Virus record (IMG/VR): IMGVR_UViG_3300049783_001162
Source: an uncultured virus (IMG/VR IMGVR_UViG_3300049783_001162)
Taxonomy: Duplodnaviria > Heunggongvirae > Uroviricota > Caudoviricetes
Strand: one strand, 5' to 3'
Length of the DNA: 64,000 nt
The translations under genes were made by a program, and so were the position numbers. Under the pieces are notes generated by a model. That model was given only the letters and a program-made list of their open reading frames with translations, did no database searches and was not told the DNA's origin. Each line of letters begins with the position of its first letter. The stretch's first letter is position 1. Shown in pieces: positions 60,031 through 64,000 of the stretch.

Positions 60031-60098
60031 AACGAATAAACTAAATTATTAACAAAAAAAAATAGGCATACAAAAGGCATTAAGAAAAGGAATTTACT

Positions 60099-61229
60099 AT
60101 GAAAATAACAAAAACACCCAAGCCATACAAAATGAAAACTATTCCAGAAGTAATAAAAATTAGAAAAGAAATATCTCAGCATATTAACAGCACTAGCTGT
60201 TTGCATACGCTAACATCTTACCACAATTATCTACTCAAGGGAAATTTACAGCCAGTTATAAAATCTGCATTGGTTTCCAAGTTTGGTAGGTCAAACGGTA
60301 ATGATAAACGGTTGCTCGATACATTTATAAATGGGCAAGGTAGTATACAAGAAAAAATTGAATTATTCAATAAAATTATAAGCAAAGACGGCGTGTTTTC
60401 GGGAAGTAAACTTTTAAAATATAGCTATGCCAACTTGTATGATATGATCAATGCAGAATCTCCATTGTTATACCAGTATGTTAACGACATTTCGGCAATG
60501 GCCGGCAAGATGGGATACAGCAGCGGCGATGTTGGACCTGGAGAGTTTTTGTTAGCCACATTCGGCAAAGGTATAAATTTTGCAGAAAAAGGCGATTTGA
60601 CATTTACTGTGCCAACTTCCACTAACCCTATTGTTGTCGAAGTTAAAGGAACAGTAAAAGGCAGGAAGTCGTACAGCGGCGGCCGCCTTTGTGGAACTTC
60701 GGGCTACGGTAGCCCTACATCTGTTCGCAAGCAATTGTACAAAGTAATGGCAGATGTAGGCATCCTAGAGGGAGAATTACTCGAGCATGGCATGGAAGTT
60801 GACAAGCCAGTAATACGCGGCGGATTTAATTTAAACATATCTGGATTAACAAACCTAGATCGAGTAATTGGTGATTATACAGATTACAATGGATCGGTTA
60901 AGATATTCACTACTATGCTTCAGGGATTGTACACACGCATTGACCAATTGTTGATTGATGAATTCTTGACAGTATTGGATAAAAACGGAAGATTTACAGC
61001 AATCGCAATGCAAATGGCATTGGCACAAGTTGCATTTAGTTATTACAAATCTGTTGAAGACCACGATTGTGTAATGTTTCTAAATACTAAAAACGGCTGC
61101 TACGGCATTGCACACACTGCTGATGATATCAAGTTCCTTTATGATGAAGGACGCCTAACATTTACTTGCGAAATAAATTGGCACGATGACAGAGCCAAGG
61201 GTAGCACGCAATTTATCTTTGGAAAATAA
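60099..61229 (+). CDS. Putative PD-(D/E)xK nuclease-fold protein
   Basis: GPGEFLL...KGDL...VEVKG pattern. Confidence 0.5.
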   Translation: MKITKTPKPYKMKTIPEVIKIRKEISQHINSTSCLHTLTSYHNYLLKGNLQPVIKSALVSKFGRSNGNDKRLLDTFINGQGSIQEKIELFNKIISKDGVFSGSKLLKYSYANLYDMINAESPLLYQYVNDISAMAGKMGYSSGDVGPGEFLLATFGKGINFAEKGDLTFTVPTSTNPIVVEVKGTVKGRKSYSGGRLCGTSGYGSPTSVRKQLYKVMADVGILEGELLEHGMEVDKPVIRGGFNLNISGLTNLDRVIGDYTDYNGSVKIFTTMLQGLYTRIDQLLIDEFLTVLDKNGRFTAIAMQMALAQVAFSYYKSVEDHDCVMFLNTKNGCYGIAHTADDIKFLYDEGRLTFTCEINWHDDRAKGSTQFIFGK

Positions 61230-61239
61230 AGGAATTACC

Positions 61240-61800
61240 ATGAAAATTAAATCTAAAAAAGACGAGCATAACCGACTAAATCTTGATTTTTATCAAAATC
61301 GGGTAGATACTAATATTGCAATTAAAAAGTTTTTAATTAATAAGATATTTGAGCACGATCCGGATTTTAAAATGGATAAAGAAAGTATGATGGCGGCCTT
61401 GGTTTATGAAGACTTATTAGAGATAGCAATTGCTGTAGTGAACAAAGATCTACGTATTGTACTCGGTCGGGGCAGAGATTACTGCGATAATTCTGATGCT
61501 AAGTTTACGTGTGTTAGAACAAGCGGTTATGGCAAATCATATTCGGCAATGGTTTCTGGAACTAGGAATAAAATTGGAGATTTAAGAGTACAATGTTACG
61601 AAAGAAAATTAGATCAATTTTATTATTTTGTTATTCCGTACAAGATGTATAAAGATGTTCCAAAAACAAGTAATATTGAAATTCGATTTAACTTAGACGG
61701 AACACCAAAGAGAGAAAACAACTGTAGAATCAATTGGTGGGACTGGGAAGAGGCATCTTTCGAAGATATGTGTACTGTAACTCATACAGGAGAAAAGTAA
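61240..61800 (+). CDS. Hypothetical protein, possible restriction-endonuclease fold
   Basis: LLE.AI...RDYCDNSDAK pattern; start re-called to ATG 61240 behind AAGGA. Confidence 0.45.
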   Translation: MKIKSKKDEHNRLNLDFYQNRVDTNIAIKKFLINKIFEHDPDFKMDKESMMAALVYEDLLEIAIAVVNKDLRIVLGRGRDYCDNSDAKFTCVRTSGYGKSYSAMVSGTRNKIGDLRVQCYERKLDQFYYFVIPYKMYKDVPKTSNIEIRFNLDGTPKRENNCRINWWDWEEASFEDMCTVTHTGEK

Positions 61801-62060
61801 TAGGAAACTTGTTAGAAGGCGAACGATTAATTTACGAAAGACTAGACAAAACAATATATGCTAGATACTCCAACAGGCCAGATATACCACGCTGGGTAAT
61901 AAGCAGCGACAGTCCTGACTTTAAGTATTCTGAATTTGTAGACTTGATAGCCTTGACCAACAATGACGAAATATTTAAAAAAGAGTTTGACAAATTAATG
62001 ACTCTGTATTATATTAAAAAAGAAGAAGAGAAAACATGCCAGCAGAAAAGCTTCCTGTAA
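61800..62060 (+). CDS. Small hypothetical protein (start uncertain)
   Basis: LIYER....IYARY...P.IPRW; in-frame ATA at 61800 lies 6 nt after AGGAGA. Confidence 0.55.
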   Translation: MGNLLEGERLIYERLDKTIYARYSNRPDIPRWVISSDSPDFKYSEFVDLIALTNNDEIFKKEFDKLMTLYYIKKEEEKTCQQKSFL

Positions 62061-62494
62061 AGGATCTACTAGCCGCAATTGACTTAAACGGAAAAGACGT
62101 TTGGGACGAGCTAGACACAGACCAACGCAAGCAAGTTAGCTTCTGGTTGCTAAATCGTTACGTTAGTAGTATAAAAGGTAACAGAACTTCTACCGAACTT
62201 GCAGTGTTTAAAACAAATGAATACTATAACAAAAACTGGGAAGTGCTAGGAGCAAGACATCCTAAGCTACAATGGCAATTGTTATGCATGGCCGGTAATA
62301 CTGGTAAGATACAGTATCATCCCTGGATTGGCTTGAAGCAACACAAGGATATTAACAACAAAGCGGTAAAACTGTTATTGGAAATTTACCCTAACAAAAA
62401 GATAGACGAGGTTGAATTACTTGCTAGAATATCTACCAAAGCACAAATTAAGGAACTTGCTAGAGAACATGGATATGACAAAGTCAGCATCTAA
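62036..62494 (+). CDS. Hypothetical protein, possibly clamp-loader small-subunit (gp62)-like
   Basis: FWLLNRYVS, HPKLQW, YHPWI pattern; replication context. Confidence 0.45.
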   Translation: MPAEKLPVKDLLAAIDLNGKDVWDELDTDQRKQVSFWLLNRYVSSIKGNRTSTELAVFKTNEYYNKNWEVLGARHPKLQWQLLCMAGNTGKIQYHPWIGLKQHKDINNKAVKLLLEIYPNKKIDEVELLARISTKAQIKELAREHGYDKVSI

Positions 62495-63167
62495 GAAATT
62501 TGTTTGCGAATATTGCAAAAAGAGTTATTCAAAAGAGAGTACTCTGATTGTGCATATGTGCGAGCCGAAACGCAGGTGGTTACAAAAAGACGAAAAGCGT
62601 GTGAAGCTAGGCTTGTATGCCTTCCAGCGATTCTATAAATTGAGTGCAGGAAACAAAACTGATAAGACTTATGCAGAGTTTACGAAGTCTACATTTTACA
62701 AAGCATTTGTAAAGTTTGGAAGTTTTGTAAACAATGTCAAGCCATTGTATCCAGAAAAGTATGTTGACTATGTTGTTACAAGTGGAGTAAAACTCGATCA
62801 CTGGTGCAAAGACGCAATGTATGAAGAATATGCTGCTAACCTTATAATAAAGGAAGGTGTTGAAACAGCACTAGAGCGATCAGTAAACACAATGGTAGCA
62901 TGGGCCGAAGCCAATCAGTCTGTGTGGAATCATTACTTTACATACGTCTCGACAAATAGAGCAGTGTATGATATAAAAGACGGCAAGATATCACCGTGGC
63001 TATTATTAAATTGTAATTCTGGAAAGGCACTTCTGGCCAAGTTCAATGACGAACAACTAGGCCTAGTTTTCCATATCCTAAATCCCAGTCACTGGGCTAT
63101 GCGATTTAAAAGACAACCCAGTGATGTAGCACTTGTAAAGTCTGTTGCCAAACAAGGAAACCTATGA
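62469..63167 (+). CDS. Hypothetical protein with N-terminal Zn finger
   Basis: FVCEYCKKSY..ESTL..HMC; start probably 62469 or 62475. Confidence 0.65.
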   Translation: MDMTKSASKKFVCEYCKKSYSKESTLIVHMCEPKRRWLQKDEKRVKLGLYAFQRFYKLSAGNKTDKTYAEFTKSTFYKAFVKFGSFVNNVKPLYPEKYVDYVVTSGVKLDHWCKDAMYEEYAANLIIKEGVETALERSVNTMVAWAEANQSVWNHYFTYVSTNRAVYDIKDGKISPWLLLNCNSGKALLAKFNDEQLGLVFHILNPSHWAMRFKRQPSDVALVKSVAKQGNL

Positions 63168-63722
63168 ATGGATATCGATATAGACTTTGCAGACAGAGAC
63201 ATATTGCTGTCTAAGATACAGCATCATGTTGCAAAACTTGAAAATGGAAAGAAGCACAATACCGGTGTATATGCTACTACAATTCCGCACAACCCTATTG
63301 ATAATCTTGCTACAATTGATTACAAAGCAGCCGAGGATAGAAAATATTTTAAGTTAGATTTCCTAAATGTAAGCATATACAAAGATGTTCGCAACAATGC
63401 TCATATGGACGACTTGGTCAACAAAGAACCTATGTGGGAGTTGTTACAATATAAGGAATTTAGTGATACAGTTTTTCACGTGTCAGGGCATCATAATATT
63501 TTGCAAAAGCTCAAGCCTGACTCTATTGCAAAATTAGCAGCATGTCTTGCAATTATTCGTCCTGCGAAGCGACACTTGGTGGACAAAGAGTGGAATGATA
63601 TATTTGAGGAAGTGTGGATCAAGCCGACTACTGATCAATATTTCTTTAAGAAGGCACATGCGTTTTCTTACGCAATGGCAGTAATGGTTCACATGAACTT
63701 AATTTGTGAAGCGTCTATTTAA
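63168..63722 (+). CDS. Miniature DNA polymerase III alpha (DnaE)-like protein
   Basis: DIDIDF, KHNTGVY, FKLDFL, LAIIRP, YFFKKAHAFSYA in only 184 aa. Confidence 0.8.
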   Translation: MDIDIDFADRDILLSKIQHHVAKLENGKKHNTGVYATTIPHNPIDNLATIDYKAAEDRKYFKLDFLNVSIYKDVRNNAHMDDLVNKEPMWELLQYKEFSDTVFHVSGHHNILQKLKPDSIAKLAACLAIIRPAKRHLVDKEWNDIFEEVWIKPTTDQYFFKKAHAFSYAMAVMVHMNLICEASI

Positions 63723-63999
63723 TTTTTTTAACAAGCTGGACGCTTTTTCTTTTTACTCGTTTCAATGATAAATTATTGAGATTCACACACGGTCCTACAA
63801 CAACCTTTACATCTTTGGAATTCATTGACATCATACAATAACGTACAGGATCAATTTCTCTCCTCATAAAGGTGCTAACTGGTATGAGTCTATTTGATTC
63901 CCACCACCATGTTTCTGCAATATCCAGTAACAACCGTTTATCACTATTGGTTTTTAATCCAGTGTACACAAACATTGTTGTCACATACTGATCTTGATT
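63715..63999 (-). CDS. Hypothetical protein, 5' end probably outside window
   Basis: Frame open to the window edge; WWWESNRLIP motif; convergent with the DnaE-like gene. Confidence 0.65.
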   Translation of the reverse strand, partial: NQDQYVTTMFVYTGLKTNSDKRLLLDIAETWWWESNRLIPVSTFMRREIDPVRYCMMSMNSKDVKVVVGPCVNLNNLSLKRVKRKSVQLVKKIK

Positions 64000-64000
64000 T

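Noticed and set aside
1..64000. Stop-codon reassignment
   Set aside because: Core genes are full length in the standard code and coding density is high.

Overview
This is a gene-dense 64 kb segment of a large, AT-rich T4-related myovirus genome read in the standard genetic code. From left to right it carries: a head module (portal, protease, scaffold, major capsid); a fibre/appendage block with two giant paralogous repeat proteins and two Cys-rich proteins; a glycosylation island (GT9-type transferase, carbamoyltransferase, hldE/hldD/gmhB); neck, sheath, tube and terminase genes; gp32/UvsX/UvsY; a second glyco/methyltransferase island; UvsW; two nuclease-like inserted genes; and a miniature Pol III alpha-like gene. 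Transcription signals are T4-late-like TAAATA boxes and near-consensus sigma70 promoters, several placed so as to give leaderless mRNAs. The most striking unexplained element lies right after the capsid gene. It is a self-contained unit made of a sigma70 promoter, a 192-aa coiled-coil gene, about 290 nt of highly structured non-coding sequence carrying a 4x repeated 9-mer, and a terminator, and it is a candidate protein-ncRNA system. No tRNA, CRISPR array, integrase or reverse transcriptase was seen. All product calls come from motif recognition and gene order, not from database searches.
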